NCBI RefSeq assembly: GCF_001194135.2
Contig: NC_069007.1
Coordinates: 7,094 to 71,093 of the forward strand
Direction of reading: 5' to 3'
Source of the DNA: Octopus bimaculoides
Lineage: Eukaryota
Length of the DNA stretch: 64,000 nt
This document shows, piece by piece, positions 49,201 to 60,309 of the stretch (position 1 is the first letter of the stretch; each line of letters opens with the position of its first letter). The position numbers were made by a program, and so were the translations under genes. The notes under the pieces were generated by a model. That model saw only the letters and a program-made list of their open reading frames with translations, was not told the DNA's origin and ran no database searches.

Positions 49201-52200
49201 ACCTTTGTCACTCATGTCTAACTCAGCTCCAGCATCAATCAACAAATTTATTAAATCCGTGTTGCCTTGTTGACAAGCAACCATCAGGTACGTCAGGCCC
49301 CATGAGTTTGTTTGGTTGATCTGAAATGAAGATAACGAAGCCATTTCAAATATATTAAGGGAGAGAGAGTAGAGAAAGTGTGAGTAAGGAAGATGCATGG
49401 TTGAGAAAAGAGGGATGTGAAAAAGAGGGATGGGGGAAGAAGAAAACTATAGAAACCATGTTAAAGGAGACAGCAGACCTTGGTGCAGTCTTTTGATTTG
49501 CAAGTTTGTGCTGAACCAGTCAACCGATACCAGCATGGTAAACGGTCCCAATTGTTTCCTAGCTATTCAATTGAAGCCATGTAAGCTTCAGTTGAAACCA
49601 CATCAGATTCTTTAGCAGAGTTTATTTGCAAAGAAAGAGATGCAAAAGCCGCCATACCAATGATGTTCTTTGATTTTACAGTTTTGATGTTATGTTCACT
49701 AGCTTCTCACTGATGGAAGTCTTCTCAATGCTACCATTATCAATTAATGCTTCGGCTTTGTAAGTCTTGTTCAGGATAACCATGGAAGTGACACGGAATG
49801 GTGAACCTGCTGATACTGCCAAACGTAGATCATATTTATCATCTTTATGTGTCACAATTGCTGAGTTGTTCCTACAAAGTTTTCCAAAATGTCCTATTTT
49901 GGGGAGTATTTGTGGTAGACTCTGCTTCCCATGCAGGAGAACAAACTCCATGGGTGTCTGGAATAGCCACAAAACCAACACTGAGAGGCTTTTCCGTTTT
50001 GGATCACAGCAGACCATTCTTCTTCCGGCTTTGGGAATCAATCGTCTTGGCCATGACCAGTGCCGTTGGGCTGAAGGTGGCACACTCAGAATTTGACAAA
50101 ACTCAGGAACTCTGTTGTGCCACCTCTAGCAGACATGCTTCGTCATAAGCTGTGCTGAGGTTGGCAGTTTTGTTTTCTAACAGTCTTTATCTTATCCGAT
50201 TCAAAATTAGTCCATTTCTAAACACATCTCTAAACATTTCCGACCGGTTCTGCTCAGCACTCGCTGCAAGTATTTTGAGTTCATTTCAGAACTGGTCGGG
50301 AGATTCTCCTGCTTTCTGTCTTCTTGTGGTCAAAAGATGGCATACCATTATGATGTTCTTTCGTTTAATATACACAATATTCAGTGTATTTACAGCTTCT
50401 TTACAGTCCTGAGCTTCACTCATGAATTCGTATGCATTCAGTTCCACATCATCAAAAGATTGAATTTATTCATAATACTACCTTCCTGTCCTGGTAGTGA
50501 GTGTATAAAGTTGGTGAAACTTCTAAACCAATGATTAAAAGCCTTGTCAGCAATTGTGGAGTTTGGGTCAACATTCAATCTGTTTGCTTTCAAGTATCTT
50601 TTCATATCTGGTATCCTTCCCAATTTGTACCCGTCTTTTCATTAATTTTGTTCTCTATCGATTATTCAACGACTTCTTCAAAATTAGTTTCTTTGATTGT
50701 TATGAATGACCAGTAATTCTTGGTTCACACATAATCCAAAACAGCAAAGTGTCATATAGTGCTATCCATGATATTCTTGATTAAATGTATGTTATTCAAA
50801 ATGGCTACTCGCTCTCCCTGGTCATCAAATGGACATGCCTTTCATGTCAATGGGGAAATCACTGAAATCATAGCACAATTTGCATAACAGTCTAGTAAGC
50901 AGATGCGCAACACAGCTTTTATCACATTATGACTGGTCTTGAAGCAACTGCTTCACCATACAAAGATCGATGGTTCTGTATCTTGACTTTGTAAAGGTAG
51001 ATCATGGCATTATATGTCATAAGCTGCAAGATTTTGGCTTGGTTAGTAAACTAAGAGAGTGGCTACACGGTTTCTTAAAATATAGAAGTCTGACAGTTGC
51101 AACCAATAGTGCCCTCACTGGAGAAAGACAATTTCTGAGTACCCCAGGGAACTGTCCTATAGCAGCTTACAGTAGCTCTCTTCGACATGCCCATGCTTAC
51201 TTAGACAGCTGTCCCTACCTATGCTGACAATACAAAATTATCACATGCAATATAGAGACCCGGTGATGTCCCAAGCTTGGAACAGGACCTAAATGCAATA
51301 TTCAAGGGAACTGAAGAAAACAACAGGCAGGTTAATGCTAGAAAATTTCAAGCACTGTGTGATCAGCTCACAAATACACAACATTCTGTGTATATCGGAC
51401 CCAAGGGCAATGAGATTCCTAAAGTCACAGGCGGTGAGAAACTTATGTGCAATGATACATCATTTCATGCACACATTATGAAGACAGCAACAAAGTATAG
51501 AAAATTGGCAGGATGGATACTAATGTGCCTCAGGACGAGAGACCAAGACATCAGGTTGATCCCAGGGAAAGCTTTTGTCCTCAGTTGCCTTGATTACTGC
51601 TCCCAGCTGTGGTCACCACATAGTGTCAAACTAACAGCAAAGCTTAAAGCAATTCAATGCTACTCCAAAAAATGTTTTCCACACTACTTGGGTAGGCTGG
51701 AAAAAAATTATGAATCTATTCTCTGAAGTGAAGATGAGAGAGATATGTAATAGTTTACATGTAGAAAATTCAGGAAGGACAAATAGCTAATGTCAACATC
51801 AAGAATTATGCAAATGACCATACTGTACATCATTGTGTAATACCAAAATTACCATCCAAAATATGGATGAGGTACTGCAATAGCTTGACATTCAAAGATC
51901 CACAGCTCTTTAATGCTGTGCAAAAAGAATTGAGAAACCTAGCCAATGTGGATGTCTCCTGAAAGAAACTGGGCATTCTCCAATCCATGACACCAGAGGA
52001 ATTAACATCTTGGCATGAAGTCCAGTGCTTCTCCGAACCCTTTTTTTTTTAAGTATGGTCCCTTTTCTTTTATTAACAAGTTTTCAAATACATCTTTCTT
52101 TGCTATGATTCAATTTTAATGTACAAACATCAGGTGAGAGTAATTTAGTTCTAGATACTAGCCTTAACAGGGACGACCACTCACCATAGCAGCCCCCCCC

Positions 52201-53069
52201 CCCCAACAGTAAGTGAATATTTGATGCCTCATCGCTTCACTGTAGTTACTGATCCAAACTTTAGTACATTGCTTCAGCCAAACTCAAGGACACATTCTTT
52301 ATGTTTTATATATTTATACCTCTGTTGGCTCCTTAGTCCTCAGTATCCATAGAAAATTTTCCACAGCCCCTACCTAGGGGTGATGTTACCCTCTCTGAGA
52401 AGCCCTGCTCTATATTCTTGCAGTGTCTCATCAGTTGACTACTGGCCTGCTATTCTAACTTCCAATATTTCAATTATGAAGTGAAGAAACTATAAACAAC
52501 CACCATCTTTATGCCTTTGGGTATCTTTCTCTAATCAGTGAGCACCGGTACAGTTCTATAAAGCCAGATCAAGTGGGAAGTTTCATTCCTGTGTGACACA
52601 CCAGTATTTTCATATGTTTGACAACTTGTGCAAAAAATGGTGTAGCCCTTCAAATCAGTAAAACCTTTGCCTATGTGTGGTAAGAGAACTTCTTGACAGA
52701 ATCACACCCATCTTTTGACTTCACCTATCTCTCATCTCTTGAGCTGAATATTTCCTGTCAGAATACTCCAATGCAATGTGTGATGAGGGGCTTCTCTGTC
52801 ACTCACATTCCTCAAGGTTTGGTTAAGCATTTATGAAAACTGACAGTGATGTGGATTAGACAAAAGAGATGAAGAAAGAAATAAAATATCATGGACAAAT
52901 GCATGTGGTTAGGTAGGAACATTTAATCTTGTGTAGAAAATATTAAACAGTCAAATTTGTGAAGGCAATAAACAGGACAACTTACTTTATCTGGATTTTC
53001 TTTAAGAAATGTTTTAATATAGTGAATGTCACCTTGCTTAATTTTCTCTGTAATCTTATAAACCTCCAT
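34358..53069 (-). CDS. Mind bomb (MIB2)-like ankyrin-repeat double-RING E3 ubiquitin ligase, 9 coding exons, 535 aa (whole gene span)
   Basis: Exons 53069-52986, 49320-49169, 45360-45201, 44325-43865, 42925-42889, 42123-41914, 40081-39903, 38281-38133 and 34533-34358. All are GT-AG with matching phases (0,2,0,2,0,0,2,1) and total 1608 nt. The ANK + YLA.QGA.FYHKN + RING + RING order matches the MIB2 C-terminal half. Confidence 0.88.
35560..36480 (+). mobile_element. Degenerate Tc1/mariner-superfamily transposon (intronic)
   Basis: FSDEKN..VDPVVNKQN, QQDGAPAH and a disrupted PDL.PL.Y motif. Confidence 0.78.
36800..37350 (+). mobile_element. RTE LINE reverse-transcriptase fragment
   Basis: LFIIVLQAITKEFKTGCPCELLSNDDFAL (decayed YADD)...GLKVNLAKTKV, then a Cys-rich PHD-like segment. 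Confidence 0.82.
38133..38281 (-). CDS. MIB2-like exon 8: first RING
   Basis: CLLCEDKEATVTFYPCEHTVICEECCSKIKRKTCPQC; ccatag acceptor, gtaagg donor. Confidence 0.9.
39337..39650 (-). mobile_element. Young RTE 3'-tail copy
   Basis: (cat)n followed by the reverse complement of the tail; about 4 mismatches in about 158 nt against 48195-48353. Confidence 0.85.
39903..40081 (-). CDS. MIB2-like exon 7 (not in the ORF track)
   Basis: FCLKLSLSKKDRLSATVVASYLAYQGANFYHKNSENVTPLDLIKSLHLKEQIKAFFPPQ; ttgtag acceptor, gtaagt donor. Confidence 0.88.
40684..41790 (+). mobile_element. Degenerate Tc1/mariner-superfamily transposon (intronic)
   Basis: FTVDAEVNCRNSR, VVVFGAVTNDG, IQDSAPCH and WPNNSTDLNLLDYF. 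Confidence 0.8.
41914..42123 (-). CDS. MIB2-like exon 6: ankyrin repeats
   Basis: DSVKLDLKNRNKMTPLLLAVSGGHLGMIHKLISKRASINAVDGGGNNCLHLAV; gtaagt donor. Confidence 0.9.
42889..42925 (-). CDS. MIB2-like exon 5: 37-nt small exon
   Basis: (W)QRYDILTLMLSQ; pyrimidine-rich tttcag acceptor, gtcagt donor; the only candidate I found that bridges phase 2 to phase 0. Confidence 0.8.
43865..44325 (-). CDS. MIB2-like exon 4: tandem ankyrin repeats
   Basis: Five TPLH motifs (GDTPLHLAC.GH.DI..LL); cttcag acceptor, gtaagt donor. Confidence 0.92.
44705..45110 (+). mobile_element. Mariner 3' fragment
   Basis: LLQDNARPHIAK...HRPPHSPDLAP. Confidence 0.8.
45201..45360 (-). CDS. MIB2-like exon 3
   Basis: HQRDAVALMISRRANVNSQNFRGNSPLHRVV; tttcag acceptor, gttaat donor. 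Confidence 0.85.
45470..47960 (-). mobile_element. Deleted RTE LINE interrupted by another insertion
   Basis: RT N-terminus (CHKGKRDALDRSNSRLIKLLDQV) near 47620-47870, KVNLAKTKV/PHD near 47000-47200, coding end 46440-46790 and tail 45470-45680. The segment at about 45700-46430 resembles an unrelated LINE endonuclease relic plus (GA)n. Confidence 0.7.
48195..48353 (+). mobile_element. Young RTE 3'-tail copy
   Basis: gagtggttggcgttaggaagggcatcc...ccatgctagcatggaaagcggacgttaaac(gat)n. Confidence 0.88.
49169..49320 (-). CDS. MIB2-like exon 2
   Basis: INQTNSWGLTYLMVACQQGNTDLINLLIDAGAELDMSDKGGNAALHYAVT; gtaagt donor. Confidence 0.9.
49676..50623 (-). mobile_element. Ty3/Gypsy-type LTR retrotransposon relic (gag, zinc knuckle, protease)
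   Basis: MKRYLKANRLNVDPNST.ADKAFNHWFRSF, RRQKAGESPDQF, RLLENKT, GHFGKLCR and ALIDNGS (decayed aspartic protease motif); multiple stops. Confidence 0.8.
50935..51985 (+). mobile_element. CR1/L2-type LINE RT fragment
   Basis: LYLDFVKVDH..ICHKL, YADNTKL and [10 protein letters not shown]. Confidence 0.85.
52986..53069 (-). CDS. MIB2-like first coding exon (not in the ORF track)
   Basis: MEVYKITEKIKQGDIHYIKTFLKENPDK; context aaaaacATGG; acceptor tttttag at 53088; gtaagt donor, phase 0. Confidence 0.78.
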
Positions 53070-53519
53070 GTTTTTTAATGAAAGATACTAAAAAAGAAAG
53101 GAACAAAAATAGTTTAAAAAAAGAAAAAAAACTTATAAAATGAAGCCAACAGCAATACACAAATGATGGTTCTAAAACCTCAAACAATGACAAATATTAG
53201 AAATTTCAGTTTATCTAAACTAATATTTATAGCTGAATGTTCTTCCTGGCACCAATAAACCTAACAGCAAGCGTTACATTGTGTCTCTAGGTTAGCTACC
53301 TTATTCTACTTATTACAGTCTGGTTATTTACAATTAAACCCTAAATAGAAGAATGTATAGTCTGTCGATCAGCAAGGTAGACACTGTACACCTTGAGATA
53401 TAGATCTGTGGATCATACCACATCAAGAAGAAGACATTGTAGATCTTGACTTATGGATCTGTGGATCATACCTCAGAGGAAGACACTACATCTTGAGCTA
53501 TAAATGTGTAGATCAGTCC

Positions 53520-53760
53520 TCGTCAGTTAGTTGGAAAGTGAATTTGAATATGACAGCAGGACATAAGGCATGAGATCTTCATGAATGTATACTCCAACTC
53601 CACCATGTCTACTTTCTCTTCTGTCTGTTCCTAATACTTTGGCATGTGTATTTCCATATCTGCTATGTCAGATCTAAAATGCAGTTCCATGTATTGTACA
53701 CATAGAACTTGATAGCATAAGCGACGTCAGCTCAAATGTTACATGAGCTTTTGTACCACG
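53520..53760 (-). mobile_element. CR1-type AP-endonuclease remnant
   Basis: RTDRRESRHGGVGVYIHEDL...LLSYSNS on the minus strand. Confidence 0.6.
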
Positions 53761-54408
53761 GATGAAAAAGATTTTTCTTCATCTGCTGCCCTTTTCACAT
53801 CTGGGTGAAGTTGATTGTTTTAAGTGGGGTGCACTGTGTTTGCATATTATTTTTTAGGAGCAGATGAGGGCTGTACAAGCTTTGTACGAGGATGCTACCA
53901 ATAAGGTGAGGGTGGGCAATGAATCTAGAGATAAGTAGATAGCTTCTGGTATCTAGATGAGCAGGTTAGTAGTGGAGGTTCAGAGAGTTCCTAGCCCTGC
54001 TGGCAACAAAGGTGGCAGACGATAAAAACCATTGGATGATGAGACTTCAGGCTAATGTTCACCGGAAGGCTATTGCCTGTGGCTATTGGAAGCCATCGAG
54101 TCGTTGATGGACATCAAAAGTGCTCGACTATGATTCTGCTGCTCATTGAGAGACTGTTAGAGGGGATGTGTCTGTAATACGTCCATTTTGCAAGTGGGCT
54201 GGAGAATCCAGTGGCTTATGCTGCTCAAACGGAAAGGTTCGCTTGCTTAACCTGCAAAACACTCCTCAGCCTTTCTGCTCTTTACTTCTGGGTCAACACC
54301 CTGATTTGCGCTTATAACAAGTTTCAGTCACAAACCCATTCATGAAGACTCCTATATGCCGACATTCTAAATTCAGGGCCAAACCTTATCATAGGATAGG
54401 CTCTATTC

Positions 54409-55113
54409 GGATCTCTCTGATTTGACGGGCACCACTTGTTTTCTTAACGAAACACTTTCAAACTTGGCATACTGGTAGAATGTGTCAAATAAAACATCTT
54501 TTTCTCTTAGCCTCTTTAACAAAAATTTCTTCTTAAGTTATTTCATGTTAAAGTTGTCGTATTTCTGTAATTTCAACCAATCACTGACGTCCATTCAGCT
54601 GAATACAGTTACTGCTCTTTTTATAAACAATAATTTTTACCGGTGTTAAGAGTGTTATTCTCTGTTTAATTATATCATTATTCCCTAGTAAGGGTTTAGA
54701 GTTAGGGTAGGGTTAGGGTTATGGCAAAAATAATCATAACCCTAAAACTAACCCTAACTCTAAAACCCGAACCCTAACCCTAAAGCTAAAACCAGTACAA
54801 ACGCACGAACGATGTCATAAATAAAAGTACCACGGATAGTTGTTGACAAACAACGGTACTAATTTTATTCAAGGGAAAAAATCCCATGACACCGTTGCTT
54901 ACATTCCACGGCAGTGATTGTTTTCACCTCAATAGACGTCAGTGATTGGTTGAAATTACCGAAATACGACAATTTTTTACATGAAATAACTTCGAATACA
55001 AACATTTTTATCTGTTCTATAACACAAAATATACAAGTATACGAAGTTTGGAAGTGTTTCGGTACCAAAAACACTACATAAAACATAAATGAAAATTGTT
55101 GGCCGTCAAATCC
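54409..55113. mobile_element. Second (inverted) copy of the telomere-core TIR element
   Basis: Reverse complement of 3525-4219; the ORFs 3561-3788 and 54865-55086 are nearly identical. Confidence 0.88.
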
Positions 55114-55245
55114 AAAAAATAGTGTAATAGATGTAAAACAACTTGCTTTGAAAGAATATCAAGAACACACACACACACATATATATAAATATGTGTGTGT
55201 GTGTGTGTGATGTGTGACGATGTGAATGTTCCGAGCCCCCCCCCC

Positions 55246-55314
55246 NNNNNNNNNNNNNNNNNNNNNNNNNNNNNNNNNNNNNNNNNNNNNNNNNNNNNNN
55301 NNNNNNNNNNNNNN
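55246..55314. other. Assembly gap (N run)
   Basis: N run. Confidence 0.99.
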
Positions 55315-56069
55315 GTTCGCGAGCGCGCGTTTTTTCTTCATATTCGTTGGCAGCAAGTTGTTTTACACCTATTAGAATATTTCATTGTTTTTATTTCCCA
55401 CCGGGTCAAACCTTTTAGCTTTTTTTCTCTTCTTTTTGCTTACTACAGCCACTGTTAAGCATCGAAAGAAATCACGCTCTGTAGAATTGATGTAAATAAA
55501 GAGATGACAAAAAAAGGATTAGTATCGAAAGATCGTCGAAAATTTCCTGACTCCCCCCCCCCTCAGAAAACAGCTATTATTAACATAGAAAGTAATTATA
55601 CCTTAATCCCTATTTTTGTAAGCAGTTATAACCGTAAAAATTTTAGTTGCAGAGAGCAGAAATTGAAAGAAGATATACAACATAGATGTGTGTGTGTTTA
55701 CGATAAGTTGATTTATAGAAAAAATTGTTAAATGTTTGAAATGCAAATCTGTGAATGAAAAATAAAAATTCAGACATATACATGATAGATAGACCTGATA
55801 GAAATAGCAGCCAAATCTCCCTCAAAACACCCTACTGTATTAATGCAAGAATTCTGTGTTAATACATTAATAATTGCTTTAACAGAAAATGAACCTGTAA
55901 TGTAAATATGGAATAAATAATTGTTATACGCTTATATAAATCTGAGATGTACCTGTTGAAGGTTAAAATGTAAGAGATGTTATTTTCAATGCGTGCATAA
56001 ACATAAAGTGTCTGCTTCTGTATTTTTAACATGAATTTGTTCTGTCAATAAATGACCGGACGGAAGAAG

Positions 56070-56216
56070 ATACGGGTACAGCTAACGAAGAGTGGACCCC
56101 AACGCGCACCCGCGCAAGCTAGTCGTGAGTAGTCGATCCCACAAGTGCGAGTGCGTGTATGCAAATGAATACATGTGCGCGCGCATGCAAATTATTACAT
56201 GCGCGCATGCGCGCTC
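56070..56216. promoter_or_regulatory. CpG-rich element with two octamers and an NRF-1 core; candidate promoter of the MIB2-like gene
   Basis: Homologous to 1692-1791 in reverse orientation; ATGCAAAT at 56159-56166 and 56185-56192; GCGCATGCGC at 56203-56212; about 3 kb upstream of the first coding exon. Confidence 0.45.
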
Positions 56217-56252
56217 TTTTAACGGCTGAAATATATATATATGCATATACAT

Positions 56253-56286
<34 letters not shown>

Positions 56287-56690
56287 AAGGAACGACCGTG
56301 CGAACTCATAAAAGGGGCAATGGTGACGAATGGAAAAACAGAGAGAAGAATTATGGGATGATGGAATGAACTAAGAAGATAGAGAGTGTATCTACGTAGT
56401 TAGAGAGAAGCAATAGAGAAAGGGGAAAAAAGACGGTATGATGGAGAAGAGAGCGAGAGAGAGAAGTTATATATATATACATATTTGACAGGAATGGCAA
56501 CAAAAGAAAGAAAGAGACCTCGATATTATGCAAATAGAGGAATTTATCTGTGAAAATATGTGACACTTATTCAGTAGCCATGATAAAACTTCGAGTTTCG
56601 GATGCCAGGGTGGGGGGGTCCACGTCAACATCTCTTCAGTTAAACATGAAACAGGGCAGAAACCATCTGCCAAAAGGAAAGGATTACGCA

Positions 56691-56790
56691 NNNNNNNNNN
56701 NNNNNNNNNNNNNNNNNNNNNNNNNNNNNNNNNNNNNNNNNNNNNNNNNNNNNNNNNNNNNNNNNNNNNNNNNNNNNNNNNNNNNNNNNN
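56691..56790. other. Assembly gap (N run)
   Basis: N run. Confidence 0.99.
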
Positions 56791-56827
<37 letters not shown>

Positions 56828-58873
56828 CATACACACACATCTATAAATTTATATATATATATATATGATGTTCATATTTATGTACATGCATGTAATATGT
56901 GCACACAAATACTTGCAAAACACACACACACACACACACACATTGATGGAATATGCATGCAGATTTGATTATGCATCATTTTTAATGTTTAATTTCTTTT
57001 GATGTAACATATATGCTGGATGTATGCATATGAGTATGGTTGTGTGTTTGTGTACACACACACGCACGCTAAGCCTGTTTGCAAACATATTTAAACATTT
57101 AAAGGCATATATACAAACATGCTTACATACTAAGTTATATATACACATGTATATATACACTCACAAATGTATATACATGTTTATATTACATATGTGAGAG
57201 TAACAGAATGAGAGAGAATAAGATATTTGTGTGAGTGCAAATTAAATGTAACGAAGCACTCAATTTATCTGTGAGATCCTATGCACATACATATAAATCT
57301 ATATATATAGTCACCTTTCATTATCACACTTCTATATATATATTTCCATGCAAAGGCATGGAAGGGATGGATTTTACTTTGTTGAACAATTTCTTATTCT
57401 TGTTTAGCCCTAGGTCAGCACTGACCAAGTACACCTATGATCAAACAGTCATGACCAACTAATGCCTTTTTTTTTTACTCTAGGACTACATTACCAAACA
57501 CATATTTAATTATAATTAATATAGAAAGAGAGTAGGGTGATTTGCGGGAGATTTAGATGCTATTTCTAGCAGGTCAAACAAACATAAAGAAATTCATTTA
57601 GCCAAACTGAAGCAGGAGCAACTCCATTGACTGTAGCAAGACTAACAGCACTTTGCCATCTACCATTTCTCTATGGCTACTTGCAGTCCTAGAAATAAGC
57701 CAAAATCTCATAAGGAAATTGTTATATATATTTACTTTTATTACAGACCAATGACAAGCTTTGAACCCCAAACTTTTTATATAAACATAATGAAATATGG
57801 TAAACATATTCCAATACAAAAACTATGGGTTCATGTATTCTCAGATATACGTGTGCTATTTCTATGACGGTGCCTTTTATCATAGGTCTGCTCGATGAGC
57901 CAAAGCTAACAACATTCTCATATATTTAGATAATAATTTTAATTTACATACTGTAGTTATATCACCTAAATGACCTCTGATCCTTAACTGGCTTCTTTTG
58001 TTATAAATAGTTTATTTTCGATCCCCTGATATGTCCAGTGGAATATTTCAAAAACTTTCCCCACCACATTGCTATCCTTAAAATCAGCAGTTTTCTTTTA
58101 TTAATGACATTGACAGAAAAGCAACACTGGTAACTAGTATCACAGTATCTGAAGCTGCTGATAGAGAGTGAACCCTGTTTACACACCTAATGGCCAGGTG
58201 GTGGGGGTTAAAATCAAACAACAGATTAAATCTTCTGCCCCAAAGTAGGAACCACTCATTATTGGACAGGATTCTTCACAGTTTCTGTCTATATTCACAA
58301 GATATTAGTAATTCATCCAAGGTTACAGTGAAAAACGTTTATCCAAGATCAAAGCCTTAGTCTTAATGATAGGAAATCATTATTATCACTCATGTCATAT
58401 CATCATTATCATTTATGATAACAAATTGATATTTAAGAGAGCATGTAGTATAGCTGGACCAATATATCAGGCAACCAATCAAGAAGGTTGAGTCTTGAGC
58501 AACATTTCTATGGTCAATACACATTGTTCATAATAGACTGTTATAAAAGATGGGGGAAGGTGAAGTTCTATGACATAAGTAGATAGAAAACCAGGAGAAA
58601 GAGCAATGATTGTTAAAGGATGTAGCTAAATGACAGGTTGAACACCAGACAGAAGTGATTGTTAATAGATGCACCCAGATATGTTAAGAAAACACCTGGA
58701 AAAATAGCAGAAAATGATAATAGATATACTCTGGAGGTATATGAATAACTACTATTGAGAGAGAGAGACTAATAGAAAAATCAAAAGATTTTTTTTGCAC
58801 ACATACAGTATATACACACAACACACACATATACACACACATTTATAAGCATACACACATACATAAGTGTGTG

Positions 58874-58916
<43 letters not shown>

Positions 58917-59199
58917 GAAGCTAACTGGACAGCCTGTATGGATAAAAGTTGTATGTATGGGTTTAGGTGTGATATGTGGGGTTATATACATAAAGAGATA
59001 ATGGAATGTATATCAAAAGCAGTTGTAAAATGATTGTTTACTTTTATTCCTTCTTTCCCCCTCTCTCTCAACACACACATGCATATATACACACAAACAT
59101 GAAAAAATACATATATATATGCTCAAATTTTTGCACACATATATGCTTGTGTGTGTTTGTGTATATGTGTGTTTATGTATGTGTGTATGTGTATATATA

Positions 59200-59266
<67 letters not shown>

Positions 59267-59964
59267 NNNNNNNNNNNNNNNNNNNNNNNNNNNNNNNNNN
59301 NNNNNNNNNNNNNNNNNNNNNNNNNNNNNNNNNNNNNNNNNNNNNNNNNNNNNNNNNNNNNNNNNNNNNNNNNNNNNNNNNNNNNNNNNNNNNNNNNNNN
59401 NNNNNNNNNNNNNNNNNNNNNNNNNNNNNNNNNNNNNNNNNNNNNNNNNNNNNNNNNNNNNNNNNNNNNNNNNNNNNNNNNNNNNNNNNNNNNNNNNNNN
59501 NNNNNNNNNNNNNNNNNNNNNNNNNNNNNNNNNNNNNNNNNNNNNNNNNNNNNNNNNNNNNNNNNNNNNNNNNNNNNNNNNNNNNNNNNNNNNNNNNNNN
59601 NNNNNNNNNNNNNNNNNNNNNNNNNNNNNNNNNNNNNNNNNNNNNNNNNNNNNNNNNNNNNNNNNNNNNNNNNNNNNNNNNNNNNNNNNNNNNNNNNNNN
59701 NNNNNNNNNNNNNNNNNNNNNNNNNNNNNNNNNNNNNNNNNNNNNNNNNNNNNNNNNNNNNNNNNNNNNNNNNNNNNNNNNNNNNNNNNNNNNNNNNNNN
59801 NNNNNNNNNNNNNNNNNNNNNNNNNNNNNNNNNNNNNNNNNNNNNNNNNNNNNNNNNNNNNNNNNNNNNNNNNNNNNNNNNNNNNNNNNNNNNNNNNNNN
59901 NNNNNNNNNNNNNNNNNNNNNNNNNNNNNNNNNNNNNNNNNNNNNNNNNNNNNNNNNNNNNNNN
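59267..59964. other. Assembly gap (N run) within microsatellites
   Basis: N run between (TA)n and (CA)n. Confidence 0.99.
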
Positions 59965-60103
59965 CACACACACACACACACACACTCTCTCTCTCTCTCT
60001 ACTTCATTATTTCAAAAAAAAAAAAAAAAAATTCAAAATTAGGAAAAAATATTGATTTTCTAGCAACTAATAATAATACTAACAGATGATACGAAGAGCA
60101 TGA

Positions 60104-60245
60104 TGCGATTGTCATAGATTGGTTGAACGACATTCCGACAACTTGCCTGTCTTTGTTGAATTCAAAATAAAATGTTTTGAACTTGTCAAAGACAGGCAAA
60201 CTGTTGAAATATCATTCAACCAATAAAATATTTATTGCAATCGCA
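60104..60245. repeat. About 140-bp imperfect palindrome
   Basis: tgcgattg / caatcgca, attggttgaa / ttcaaccaat and ttgcctgtctttg / caaagacaggcaa. Confidence 0.75.
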
Positions 60246-60309
60246 GCAGTGCGTACTCTTTCGATTGTCTATTTACCTTTTGAAGAGTTACGTCAACCCT
60301 TTAAAAGAT

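Noticed and set aside
53385-53520. Short repeat of about 55 bp (gatctgtggatcatacc) present two to three times
   Set aside because: Degenerate minisatellite beside a CR1 remnant with no further structure.
59006-60089. Long ORFs of 270-349 aa
   Set aside because: Artefacts of N-gaps and (TA)/(CA) microsatellites; the same applies to the X-containing ORFs at 1662-2084, 23827-24195 and 56467-56846.
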